A stretch of DNA of 64,000 bases, taken from assembly GCA_001655205.1 (NCBI GenBank), contig LPNZ01010610.1, forward strand, positions 1-64,000. Direction: 5' to 3'. Shown here one piece after another: positions 39,652-55,306 of the stretch (the stretch's first letter is position 1; every line of letters begins with the position of its first letter). The notes beneath the pieces were generated by a model. It worked only from the letters and a program-made list of their open reading frames with translations, had not been told where the DNA came from and searched no databases. The stretch comes from Lenisia limosa. Lineage: Eukaryota; Protista; Breviatea. Both the position numbers and the translations under genes were made by a program.

Positions 39652-42383
39652 ATGACGTTCGGCACTCTTCTTGTGCTCCTTTTGGCCCCCCTTGCCCTCT
39701 CGTAGGTTAAGAAACTTAAAATCTTTTGAAAGGAACCGCGGAAAATGGTATTCACATTCCAACATAAAATCATTATTTTGCCTTACTTTTTGATTTACCT
39801 TTCCCAGTTCTATCATCCAAGGGCCTAATGGAGAAGTAGATCTCTGTGGAGGTGGATCTTGTCCCAATATCCCAATTACTGCAACAGAAAGATGTGGGGC
39901 GTAATAATTAAATGGAATGAATTGGTTATTCAATCCTGTGTATCATAAGATGACTTAACTGTGTCTCAATTCAGTAAAGCTGGTAGCATGTGATATATTT
40001 CACACTTTTTTTGGTTCCTTTTCCATCCTCAGTCCCCAGCTGAGTGGGTGTTTTTTTTAGTATTCACCACTAGTATCCACGCTGAGTACACTTAAGCTCA
40101 TCACGCCGCCGTCCGATACTGACGCCAGTGTCTCTTTGGACATCACCGATATCCCAAGAACTTCCGACTATTACGTCAAGGTATGTGAATATTGGTGGGA
40201 GGATTGGGTGTAAACTATATCAAACATCCGCATAGTAGTTTTGGTTTATGGAATATATCCTAGTAATCTCGGCTGAAATGCATCATATTGAACAGGGGAA
40301 AGTTGGCTGTTTTGGGTGAATCTTAAGTGTGGTGAGTGCTTCGCCTATCAGATGGACAACACTATCATTCATTTCCTCACTATTTGAATATTCTCCAGCA
40401 TGACTTTCCAGGCTACTTTTGTTGACCAGCAAGAGACCCTCCAGTTCCCTCTCAACGGGGCAAGCGATACCCTTGACATTGCTCTTGATACCGAGAGGCT
40501 TTGCAACATCCAGGTAAGTGTCTTATTCGCAGATTCTGTGAGTTAATTGAAGTTGTCATTCCTTGATAGCAGAGATGCCAGTATAATTGTCAGAGAACAC
40601 ACCTTCACCTTTATCCTTCGACAAAATGCGACTTCAACTATGACTGAACATCTCAGCTCTGCACGGTGTATGATCTTGACGAGTTCTGTGGTCCCTCACT
40701 TCTGTCATCTCCTGTCGAGTCCGAACAAACAACTGCATTCAAGGCTCATGGTAACATCACGCGTGTGAGTTACAAGGATGCTTTCACCTGGCCTGTCCCT
40801 GGATGGACTGTTGAGGTAAGGCGGTTCAGGGACATCTTAACTCCCGTGGGGTTGCGGAGATATTGGCATGAACATTATGCTGAGATAAATAGGATGCGGT
40901 TGGTTTCGATTTTTCTTCAAAGGCTTTACTCTCCAGGTCATCTTCACATCGTCTGATACAGCTGAGAGCTACAACGGCTTTCCACTCATCCACTTCTTCT
41001 CTGCTGGATCGCCTACAAACAAACACTTCTTCATCCCTCGCAGAATTGTGGGCTGGGATGGAATAATGTAAATATATAGTAAATATGATATACATGGTAG
41101 GTACATAATTACATATGATATCGATATATCATGGTATAGTATGATATCGATATATCATGGTATAGTATATATCATATACTAGATATATATGATATACAGA
41201 CATATATATATATTATGTATAGTATTTCATATTGTTGTAATACTATGGCTTCCCCACGATCCCAAAATAGACTGAATTTCTCGATAAATCCTCGATAAAT
41301 CCTCGATATATTACCGGTCTTTTTCGGACCGTAGGGAAGCCTGGCAAACGTCACCATTTCCCTAACACCTTCAGCAAGAGACTCATCTTCAAATTTACAC
41401 TGCGCCTGGAATAAGTCATTCTGTTGCCGATGTCTTCCGTAAGCTTTTCGTTCCATTCTCTGCATAATGGAACGGCGCGTCTTCAGTTATCTTACACATT
41501 AGCGATCTTCAATCAGACTTACCATGTTTTCATCACAATGGACACTGATCGCACTGTAAGCCTGCCAAATGCTACCAATACTTCTGTGTTTTCATTATTT
41601 TATTGTTTTGATATGATTCACTTTTCTTCAATGACTGCCAACTAATTGTCTCCAATTTATCCTGATCCATTAGTCCCAGGCATTCGTTGATGGCGTGTCT
41701 TTCCCCATTACCTTCCCTGGAGACAGCTTCCAGCAGGAATTAGTGGTATGCAGTATGAGTAATTTTGACGACCACATGACAGTTTACCCATTATTTATTG
41801 ATAAAGTATGAAATAGAAGTTGATTTGAGAGGTTCATCCCTTTCCATTGTACTGCTCACGTTGTAGTCGGTCTGTTCGGGCGCGTTCTTCGATTCCGCCG
41901 TGGACGAACTGTCAATGTCGCACCTTCTTGCTGGAGAAGCATCTGTAACTTATGTAAGTTTTTTCCATTTCTGGGAGATTGTCAAACATATGGGATGGGT
42001 TATAACAGTACAGTTTTAAACTTCTCTTTTGCCCAATTTACTCCCCAGACACGCATTTACAACCGAGTGCTGACTGTCGGTGAAATGACTACGCTCCAAA
42101 GCACAGGCCCGACTGTCAAGGTAAGCTGCCGTTATGATTGTGTGTCTTTTTTTGTGCAGTTCAATATGTGAGCGTAACTAGAATAGTTTTGGAGCTAACT
42201 CCCAATCCAGACAGGCAATAAGACTATCTTGAAATCTAACCCTACAGCCCTCAGCATCCTAACCCTACAGCCCTCAGCATCCTAACCCTACAGCCCTCAG
42301 CATCCCTGCGGCAAAACCTTCTCTTCGACTTCAACGTTGGGCGTGGCGTTGGAAATGGGAGCGCTGTAGGAGAACTCGCTTAG
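39652..42383 (+). CDS. Secreted protein with a probable LamG/concanavalin-A-like (Laminin_G_3) domain, multi-exon
   Basis: Signal-like MTFGTLLVLLLAPLALS; motifs WTVE|VIF, YHVFITMD, AFVDG, DELS and RIYNRVLTVGEM follow the LamG3 pattern. Confidence 0.65.
41247..41341. mobile_element. ~95-bp hairpin/MITE family, copy 3 (opposite orientation on + strand)
   Basis: Ends GGCTTCCC(C/T)ACG(A/G)TCC(C/G)AAAA; core gactgaatttctcgataaatcctcga is the reverse complement of the copy 1 core. Confidence 0.82.
42236..42304. repeat. 23-bp x3 tandem repeat containing branch point and acceptor
   Basis: ctaaccctacagccctcagcatc at 42236, 42259 and 42282. Confidence 0.9.
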
Positions 42384-42539
42384 GTCGTGTGTTTTTTTTT
42401 TGTATTTACAATTGCCCCACCAAAAACAAGCCTTAGAGGGGTCTTATTCCGTATCATAGAGGGGGTCTTATTCCGTATAGAGGGAGTATGGGGTCACTTG
42501 AATATTCACAATGTATTACTGCGTTTGCTAGACAGCCAG

Positions 42540-45601
<3,062 letters not shown>

Positions 45602-46013
45602 GCTTGTAAATTCAATTTATTAACAACGCTATTAGTTGAATTTTCTAATTGTAAAACGTCAACACAACCAAATACTAAACTGATTTTGGGTGCTCTTTCT
45701 TCTCTGTTCTTTCTCTCTTTCTCTCTCAACTTTATTCACAAACCTCCTACTCCGAGCCATTCCCTTTTTTGCTACTCCTCTGCTCATCTTCATTTGCCTG
45801 CTTCCAGTCCTAGTTCCTCTTCCCGATCGCAGGAGTCAAGCAGGAGTTTATTAGTTTATTCTCTTGTTTTTTTATCCTACTCAAACCCATAAAAACCTCC
45901 TCGACTGGAATAGTATTACCCTAGACGTGCCCTAGACGTGACCTAGAGGTGACCTAAAAACTCTTAGACTCCGAGACAGGAACTGGAGTTTATTTAATCT
46001 CAAAACAAGCTCA

Positions 46014-48460
46014 ATGACTATTGTTTCAGCAAACCTCCTCATCCCTCTCCTTGTTCTATTGAGTCTTACAAGCGCATATGTGTAAGAAGATGGATGGATG
46101 AATATGGATGTGATGTGCATGTGTAAAAGAACAATGCTCTTTGGACTTTGGTCCGCCATAGACATAATTGAGGCTGGGTCTTATTGTTGACAGTGTTTAT
46201 GCGGGTCCTTCATTGCAGTACTCTTTAATCTTCTAGGACTTTATCATCAGATCAAATTACGAAGTTGGGGGGGGGGGGGGGNNNNNNNNNNNNNNNNNNN
46301 NNNNNNNNNNNNNNNNNNNNNNNNNNNNNNNNNNNNNNNNNNNNNNNNNNNNNNNAAGCATGTCTGTTCATCTTTGTTTTTTGGCTCTTCGATTGTCTTG
46401 ATTTTACCGACCAGAATTGACACCCTTGAGTCGTTGGACATCCGTGTTGACAACCTAGTTGCCCAAAATGCCAATAGTAGGTAGTTTTTTTTTGATAATC
46501 AGTTACCCGTCGATAACTTGTTAAAGGATGTGTTTGTCTGTTCTCATTTCTAATTTCGTAGTTACATCAGGATTTATAGGAAACGTATCCATTGCAGAGG
46601 TGAGTCTCTGCAAGTTTCAAAACGGTTTTTTTTTGGAGAGCATATCAGTCTTATTTTATAGATTGAGGCACTGTTTGCACGGGGTGGTGGGAGGGTATCA
46701 GTAAGGTTCGGCAACGCCCGTTGGTTATTTTGGCAGAATATGTAAACTTATCTACTCCGTAAATTCGTCATAGGAAATACCTGTTATCCTACATTGATAA
46801 TAATACATAGCGTAATACTACAATGTGGATTATATCATATGTCAGTTCAAAATTTGTGTTTATTTGGTAGTTCTGGTTTTGTTTGTTAAAAAATTGTCTG
46901 TCTTTTCTTATGTTGAAGGATCTGGGAAAAAAAAAATCCATTATTCAACAAAAAAAACCATCAGGGCAGTTTACCCAGCACTGCTCTCTTTATGTTTTTA
47001 GCTGTGTATTCATCATGTCGTGAAGCTCTTGATGCCAATAGTAACGAGGAGGCAGCGTACAATATAATCTTTGGGGTATTAAGGGACTGTAGCTTTGCTT
47101 GGAAGACCTTATACACCGTTTTATCAACCATCCTGAATTCACCATTGCTAGTATTTATTGTATCATCAATATTGAGAATCAGTTAAACAAAGTGACTGTT
47201 TAGGACAAAAAATGCCGAGTTCGTTGTCGTTATGACGAAACGTATGGATACCTGACAAGGTATGGATTGGTTTAGTTACGAATCCCTATTCTTGGACATG
47301 AAAATGTTTTGTTTTTTGCGTCATCTCATTATACAATCTTATACCTGATTCTTTCCCACTTATTTCCAATAGAGTCGGATTATTTCGTATCATATTCATT
47401 CACATTTAATCCCGTCCACAGAATTTTGGCACTCACCGGTGGACCCTACGATTACGCACCAAACTTCTGGTCTTTGGGACTCAGATATGGCGGACCTGAA
47501 AGTGGGAGAGGAGGGGCCGCCTATGTAAATGGAAAAAGGTAGATTGCTCCACATACTATTAGTCAGTCAACAATTTTATCCCGGTTACAATTTTACCAAA
47601 TTTTATGATACCTCCTTAAAAATAATAATAAATAAAATTATCAATCACGCAATTTTTTTGACTTCTTGAAAATCAAAAATAGAAATCAATCGCGCCCTTA
47701 CTATATTTTGTGTGAATGACGTATCAGTGAATGTCGACTTTCAAGACGGCTACTACACAATGCCAATCGCAAAAACGGTCCTTCAAATAAATTGTATGTT
47801 GGCTCGTTTGTTAACTGTACTGATGGCAAGATGGGTTACATAATTTCCCCTATTTCATAAGTGACATTGTTCTCGCGTGTGCCTTATTGTCACCCTATTA
47901 GCTCTTCAATTTGGTGCCTATACAATTGCTTCAACTACCTTACCAGCTGCTGAAATTGTAAGCACCTGTTTTTTTGTCACCTTTTCTCAGCTCTAATGGG
48001 ATAATAACATCATCACCATCATTTCCCTGAAACGACGGCTTCGGCCATATCCACACTCTTCTTTATGTTACAAGATGTTTATTGTCTCTTTTTTCTCTTT
48101 CAATCTTCATTTGTATGCACTGATCCCCAATAGACAACGCCTCTCTTTAGCATGAATGACTTGTCAGTGTACATGGCACAATCGAATAACGGCTACTTCT
48201 ACAACCCTCAGTACTTCCTTGTTGGTTCCTACGGAGCATCGCCTGTCCTGCCTATTACGAACTCAGAGGCGGCAAACTCGAAGCAGCTCTTCCTTGGTGA
48301 GGATGGGCTTGTTCAAAGGAGAACTTGTATCACTGAATTTTTGAACCCCGAACCCCCGAAGCATCATAGTGTAGGAACTGGTACGTTGAATGGAGACTGT
48401 CTCCAAAGGACATCCACATCAACTTACACTGTGTGTCCTCCACAGGTTGGTGGCTTTTTG
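46014..48460 (+). CDS. Putative secreted protein of unknown family, multi-exon; 3' end approximate
   Basis: MTIVSANLLIPLLVLLSLTSAY followed by a GT donor; GT-AG exons IDTLESLDIRVDNLVAQNANS, AVYSSCREALDANSNEEAAYNIIFG, ILALTGGPYDYAPNFWSLGLRYGG and MNDLSVYMAQSNNGYFYNPQYF. Confidence 0.6.
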
Positions 48461-48605
48461 TAAAGAATTTGAAATTGTCGGAAAATATTCTGGAATTATT
48501 TGGATTATTTTTCTAGGATACAACAACCCTCATCTCTCTGTGGGCAGCAGAATAATTCTGTTGTCGACCTTTTATTGTATCAAATATATGAATAATATGT
48601 ATTAT

Positions 48606-51600
48606 TTATGTATGAAACAGATGCGGTTGCTTCAGTTCATCAAGTGGATGAAAGAAACATGAATTAGAACTATAGAAACCATGACAACAACAATGAAACA
48701 ACTTATTCTCCTCTTCTCTTGCGCATAATGGTGGCACTTTGTGACTTGCTAAATCATCAATTGATGGGAAGATGAGAGATAAGAAGACTGCATGAAGATC
48801 TTTCCCATCAAACCCCTTCTTCTTCTTCTTTTTGGCAAGCTTTTTGTAAGCCTCTTCTTCCATTTCTTTGAAAGTTTGAGTCTGACTCTAAGACGAGTGA
48901 GATACTTTACACCAGCTACAGAAACAATAGGAACATGAAAATTGCCACTCCTGTCCCTACCAACCTCGGCTGCAAGTTGATAGACAAAACAGAGTCCAGC
49001 TGTATTAAAGCCCATTGTTTCCTGAACGGTTAGGTGCGATTATCAAGGGGAACAAATTATGAACGCTCTTTAAATATTTCAAAATGGGCGAGTAAGGTCA
49101 TCCTAGGGGTCCCGACCTTCTCATCTTCCAGCTTCGATGACGTGGCATCTCCAAGCTGCGCAAGGGCAGTCTGGGTGTCGACACTGCGTGACAAGAGGCG
49201 TCCGTGCGCAGTCAGTGAGAAATCTAGGAGCCGGGCGACAACCTCAACTTGCTTGCCCTGAAGAGTGAAAATATGGCGGTCTATTATCAGGAGCCTGATG
49301 CTTAGAGTTACAGATTTAGCCAAATGGATATACTCAAGGAGAACCTCCAATTTAACAACTTGCAATAGTTTCATAGAGTTCAAGCTTACTTGATCGACCC
49401 ATTTCTTCATGAATTGGAAGAGTGTTGAGAGAAGGTGGAAGGGTAGCACCAGCTAAACAGAGTCAAGAAAGTGATTAGATGTCGTAATAAATTATTCAAG
49501 AGGGCCAGCAAAGCTTAGTCTCAGCGTACCAGGGCAGGTTCGAGCTGAGCAGGCTTGACGCGAGTGATTTCTTTGAGCAAATAGTCAGACGTGTTTTGGC
49601 CCATAAGCATGATATTGGCCTCGAACGGAGCACAAAGCGGCTCCGGCGTCTGATACTGTCAGAGACGTTGAAAGTTGTGACGTGATATAGCAAATACCAT
49701 CAATCAGCATTCGAAAAGGGTATCTGCCCACCTCGCCATTGTCGCGTTGCTTCTGCCTGGCTGCCTGAACCTCCGGAGTTTGCTCTTTCTCCATCAAACG
49801 AAGGTCATCATTGTAGGCTGAAGCGTGAGATCCATGAATGCTACAATGAAAGATAACTTCGGTGGTCCCACATACCCTCGATTTTCTTCTCTTCCTCAAG
49901 GACCAGCTCGATTGCTTCGATGAGAACCTCTCCGGACCTGATTGCTTCACGTGACATACGCGATCCACGCTGAGGGGGAGGTCAATTGGTTCTCAGAAAG
50001 CAGCTTGAATGAATCACCACAACAACAGTAAAAAGGAAGCAAGGTCTGTTTCAGTCTTTGGCGTAATATATCACAGCCTACCTCTTCCGTCTTTTCGTCA
50101 CCCTTCTTCTCGTCCAGGCTTTTGTCGAACATTTCTTCGAGTTCTTTTTCTTTTTCTTCCTCAAGGAAAAGCTGGGGGTTGGGGTAAATGAGAATACATT
50201 GCAAAACAGGTGGCATACCCCCCAAAAAAACCAACCCACCTGGTCGTCGGTTCGACTGAATATCCGAACACTTCGGTCGTTGGAGCATGTGGCCACTCGC
50301 TCACCCCGGGCACCCACAGACACGCCCCACGCCTCGTCGTGATGCGCTTCAATCGACTGGACTTGCTGAAACTGGGGGGGGGGGTAAAATTGGAAAATGT
50401 ATGAACAAAAACCCCAAATCAACTGTACTTTTCTCAATGAGAAACAAAAAAAGTTACTTGTTCAAGTGTTGCACGGTAAGGATTGACCATATTACTATCC
50501 CATCATACTGAGTCACAATCCCAGTATTTGAGCTTGCCGTCCTTTCCGACAGTGAAGCAATAGTGAGACTTGCCGGAGAATTGAACCTAGAGCGTGAATG
50601 AACCGCCATTGTAGCCCAGTGATGACCAGTGAGAATTAGTGATGAGCACAAACAGAAGGTGAGAATTCCCCGAAGCCAACAACAGACGAAAAAGACAAGA
50701 TAACGAAGAAAATTGGGGAAATGATAGTATCCAGATACGATAAATTGATGTGAGGATAATGATGCAATATCCAATGGAAAACCCACGTTCATAACAGCGC
50801 CGTCATGAGCCTTGAGTGAACGGTGACAGTCACCATAGTCCAAACCCCAGATCTTGATGTTCTTGTCTGACGAGGCTGTGACGATAATGGTGCTGTCGTT
50901 GGAGATGTCCATGGAGGTCACAGGAAGGCGATGGCCGTACAGACTCAAATGGAACTTCAGAGTGTCGGTGTGGTAGATCTTGGGTGGTGAAAACGCATCA
51001 ATAAATGGTTTTTCATATTAAGGCCCATCTCTGCAGTGTGGTCAAGCCGCTTCCAACCTTCACGGTGGTGTCAAGTAAAGCAACAGCAATGAACTTGCCA
51101 TTGGGACTGTAGCGGACAGCGAGAACATCGTCAGTCATCTCCATCTCACGGATTGGCCGACACGAGAGTACCTGTTGGTCAGATCGATCAGTCTAGGAAC
51201 AGCATTTTATTATTGCAAATAATGAACCACAACATAAAATAAGATAAGAGGAAAAGGGTACGAAAAAAGAGTGGGTGTGATCACACATACCATTTTTTTG
51301 TTCTGTTCAAGCATTTCAAAGTTCCAGAACTTGATCAGCCTGTCACTACCGCCAGTGACGAATCCCTAAAATGTGAATTGTTCCTTCACAGAGAAATCAA
51401 TGGGGAGTCAGAAGTTGAGCCACTCTTGCTTTTTTAACCCAATAACATGCAATTATAAAAATGTTATTAGGGGGTAACATCAAGTGGCCCAGTATCAAGA
51501 CTACCTTGCAGTCCGCTCGAAGGGCAAGACCACGCACAGCACCCTTATGGGCCTCATAGCGATGCAAACAGTCGCCCGAGGCAAGATCGTGAACCTCAAG

Positions 51601-54600
51601 CCCGCCTTCCTTAGTGGCGACCTGCGGGGGAGTATAATTGGAAAATTTATGAAACAAAAAAAAACCCAAATCAACTCTGTTNNNNNNNNNNNNNNNNNNN
51701 NNNNNNNNNNNNNNNNNNNNNNNNNNNNNNNNNNNNNNNNNNNNNNNNNNNNNNNNNNNNNNNNNNNNNNNNCCCCTTGTCCGCCCCCAAACAGCATAAT
51801 AATCAATGCAAGAAGCCCCCCCACCAGAAGATGTTTTCCACCAGGTACGTAGGCAACATGGATGGCGTGACCGGTGACCAGAGTGCGAACACATTGCTTT
51901 TGCTGCCGAGATTAAAATGGCGCTTCAAATGAAAAGGCAATAATTTCCCCAACCGCAAGTACTCATCCTCAGAAGACCTTCCCCCCATACAACGGTACTC
52001 CAGATTTTGACCTCAGTTGCTGATCCAGTGGCAATAAAAGCGCCGTCAGGAGAGTAGGCAACCTGACAGTGAGGGAAAGGAACAGAAGATCATGAAGAAA
52101 ATAGTTCTTTTGTTACTTAGGTACCAAACCCCGCAAACCGTTCTCACGTCGGCTCTATGCCCAGGGAGATTAAGCATTGCAATTTCTTCAGCTGAGAACG
52201 ACGGGTCTTTTTCCTCCTAAAGTGTCAGTTATACGCAATGGAGGAAATTGAAGCCTAACGCTGCTGTTGAAGATATCCCTCACATTGCAGCTCGGGCTTC
52301 CCTACGGTCCGAAAAAGACCGTTTAAATATCTATATTTATCGAGGATTTATTGGGAGATTCATTCTTTTTTGAGACCGTAGGGAGGCCCTAATTGCATCT
52401 CTACCACTATATTACCTTCTTGTTTTTCTTTGAGACCAGTTTCCAGCACTGCAACGAATTGTTGAGAAGTCCGCAGGCAACCTTTAAGAAGGAATATTAA
52501 CGAAAGGGAGCGACTGATTATTATCATGACCCCCTCCCCCAATAAAAAGACAAGAGCACGGGAAAACAATTGTGATACCCTCCCACAATGGTAGCCTTAG
52601 AAGTCTGTCTACAGCTGAGGGACACGACCTTTGAAGGGGACCTGAGGATGCAGATGGGCTTGATGGCGTCGGCGGCCTGGACCACGCGCATCTCATCAGC
52701 TGGGGGGTGAATGGAAATGGAGGAGAGAGAAAAAGGGGGGTCATCTTCGTTATTCTGAAAAAAGCAATCGCAATTCTATTGAGCAACATAAAAGGGTTCT
52801 AAAAAGGCCTTTCCACATTTTTAGGAGTAGTACTGCCCTCAGCATACTGATAAGAGCCTCTTTGATTTCCAGTCTTCTGATGCGTCTCTTCATTCTTCTC
52901 TTCGACTCCGCGTCGTCATGACACCTATCAATTAGAGGGAAAAGGAAACCATGCACCTGCACCCAATATTCAGTAAAGGCAATGTTGTCCCCCCTCCCCC
53001 AACTTGAAGGCTTCAACAGTGCGATCAGCGTTGTGGACAAATAGGAGGTCTCCTTCATCGCTGAAGTGTAAACAATTAAACACACAGGTCAATTCAGCAA
53101 ATAATTTCAAAGGCGTAGGGAATGAGTATTCGAAACCTCAATTCCACAGGTGACCACAAATAGCAATTTTATCAATATCGTATTATTCAGGGTTTCCCTA
53201 AGGTCCCAAAAAAGAAGGAAGCTCAAGAAAAAAAATTACCCTTTATAACAGTATGTTATAAAGGTGTGGCTTACCTGAATTGCACCGTAACGACACGTTC
53301 GTGAGAGGCACGCTCGAAGGAACCCCAGAAATGAAGAATTTGCTGGGGTCAACTGTAAAAAAAAAAAAAAAAAAAAANNNNNNNNNNNNNNNNNNNNNNN
53401 NNNNNNNNNNNNNNNNNNNNNNNNNNNNNNNNNNNNNNNAGAAATAGACAGGCGCCCCCTACATCCTTTTCTTTGTTGTCGACAGTGGCGACAGAGGCCA
53501 ACCAGGGTGTCATTTTCGAAGTTGCGCCTGAGCGTAAGACCTCAACCATGGCACATGCTCTCACATCACCAAAACAACCACGTCGTCGTACCTGAAGAGG
53601 ACACATCAGTAAGGAAGGGGTTGTCCGCAGCTTTAGCACGTGCTTCGGCCCTTTCGGCCTCGTCTCGGTCTTTGTCTTCTTGCGTAACCTGCAAGATAAA
53701 GAAAAGCCCCATTGCATTTGAAATATACTGTGGGGTTCTGATAACTTTGTTATTTGAAAAAAAATAGGGAGAACAGCTGCCAATAGAATACAGGATGCCT
53801 CGCAGCAAAGAGTCATACCCCCCCCTCCAACCTCCACGGTTTGTCTGTCAATTCGATACACACGAAGTTGGTGATCAGTAGAGCCGGTAATAATGATCGA
53901 CTCGGTTGGATCCATTGAAAAGGACCAGACCTGAAACGTCGGTAATTATATGAGTGGGGAAAGCAAACCCAGTACAATTAGGTCATCCCTCTTGAAGTTT
54001 TGAACACTCCCATTGTTAAAAGAGAAAAGTGGCTCTCCCACCTCCTTCGGGTGTCCCATCATGGTCTGGAAGCAGTGTTGCGAGTCCACATCCCAGGCTT
54101 TGACAAAGGTGTCCTTGGAGGCCGACAACAAGACGTTCTGTGAGTGAACCAGAGCCACAGCTAAACAATGGGTGAGATAATGCTATTATTGTGAAATACC
54201 AATGTCTCAATGGAGTGATGAGTTTTGGTAGACAGGAAAGGTAATTGCAAAAGAGGCATTGAAAGCAGCAGCATGGAACCGTTGAAGGAAGTATTTGCTG
54301 CCAGTATTCTTGCCACTCAATTTGTACAAAGTCTTCCACTCCCCATACCAGTGATCGCATCTTTATGTCCCTTGAATCTGTGGAGGCCTTGTTCAGCTAC
54401 AACATCCCAAATAATAACATCGGTATCGCGAGATCCTTGGGTGTAAACAGTAATAAGGAAGAAGGAAGAGAAATCTATCAAAAGTAGAGTGGGAGAATAC
54501 TCCTCCTAATCTGTTTCATTGCAGCATATCATATACTATGTGAATATCAAAGAACGATAGACCAACTTTCGCCTAGGTTTGCCGCCTCCCCCCACAGACC

Positions 54601-55119
54601 TGACACCAGCCATGCGCCGTCGTGAACAAATTTCATACATGTGATAGCCTTACGATGCCCGTTCAATACCACCATTTCGGTAGCTGAGGAGGGATAAGGA
54701 TCAAGAACTGATTTATCTTAGCTTGAAGAGGAAAAGCACGCCAGACCATCAAGGAAATGATTAAACCAAAGCATGATCCCAATTAAAAACAACATTGTAT
54801 CCCACCAACCAGTTGCAAACTCGAATATTCGGATGTAACCATCTTGATAGCCGATAGCAAGGAGCTTCTCGTCAGGAGAGAGGCACACGCAGGTTGAAGG
54901 GGAAGTCTCACCCCTGAAAACACGAATCTGAGAGGGTGAACAAAATTTTCGCTGGATCCTCTTTACCATCTCGGCTGTTTTGATATTCCAAAGCTGTACA
55001 TGCTCAAGCGCAGAGGATAGGACGAAGTGACCGTCTTTGGTCAACTGAACCTCTCCTTCTCGGGAAGAGATCACACCAAAGGATCCTTCTTCCTCGTAAC
55101 GAAGATACGTTTTCACCAT
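48606..55119 (-). CDS. WDR3: WD-repeat protein 3 / Utp12 (Dip2), SSU processome, multi-exon; 3' end approximate
   Basis: MVKTYLRY start; [14 protein letters not shown]; [15 protein letters not shown]; [10 protein letters not shown]; [45 protein letters not shown]; KYWDCDS|[15 protein letters not shown]; Utp12 C-terminal region with Lys-rich end. Confidence 0.95.
50372..50430 (-). repeat. Shared intron-3'-end sequence family, copy C
   Basis: Sense ACAGTTGATTTGGGGTTTTTGTTCATACATTTTCCAATTTTACCCCCCCCCCCAG. Confidence 0.75.
51622..51681 (-). repeat. Shared intron-3'-end sequence family, copy D (5' side lost in an N gap)
   Basis: Sense AACAGAGTTGATTTGGGTTTTTTTTTGTTTCATAAATTTTCCAATTATACTCCCCCGCAG. 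Confidence 0.85.
52294..52389. mobile_element. ~95-bp hairpin/MITE family, copy 4 (WDR3 intron)
   Basis: GGGCTTCCCTACGGTCCGAAAAAGA...TTTTTTGAGACCGTAGGGAGGCCC with core atttatcgaggatttat. Confidence 0.82.
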
Positions 55120-55306
55120 CTTTATCGCGAAGAGAAAGCAAAAACAAAAAATCATCGCCATTTATTTGATTACTTTGATTACTTTTTTGCTTGTTAAAAA
55201 AAATCTCGGAAATAATCCTCTATTGATGTGTATCACGGAGTTATACGCATATAACTGAAAAGAAATAAATTATTGAATACCAATTGGGTCCGGGCCTATT
55301 TCCAGT

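Noticed and set aside
48606-55119. Intronic C/D snoRNAs in WDR3
   Set aside because: The TGATGA motifs seen (~50621, 50640, 54216) are antisense to the host; no sense C/D pair with a terminal stem was identified by eye.
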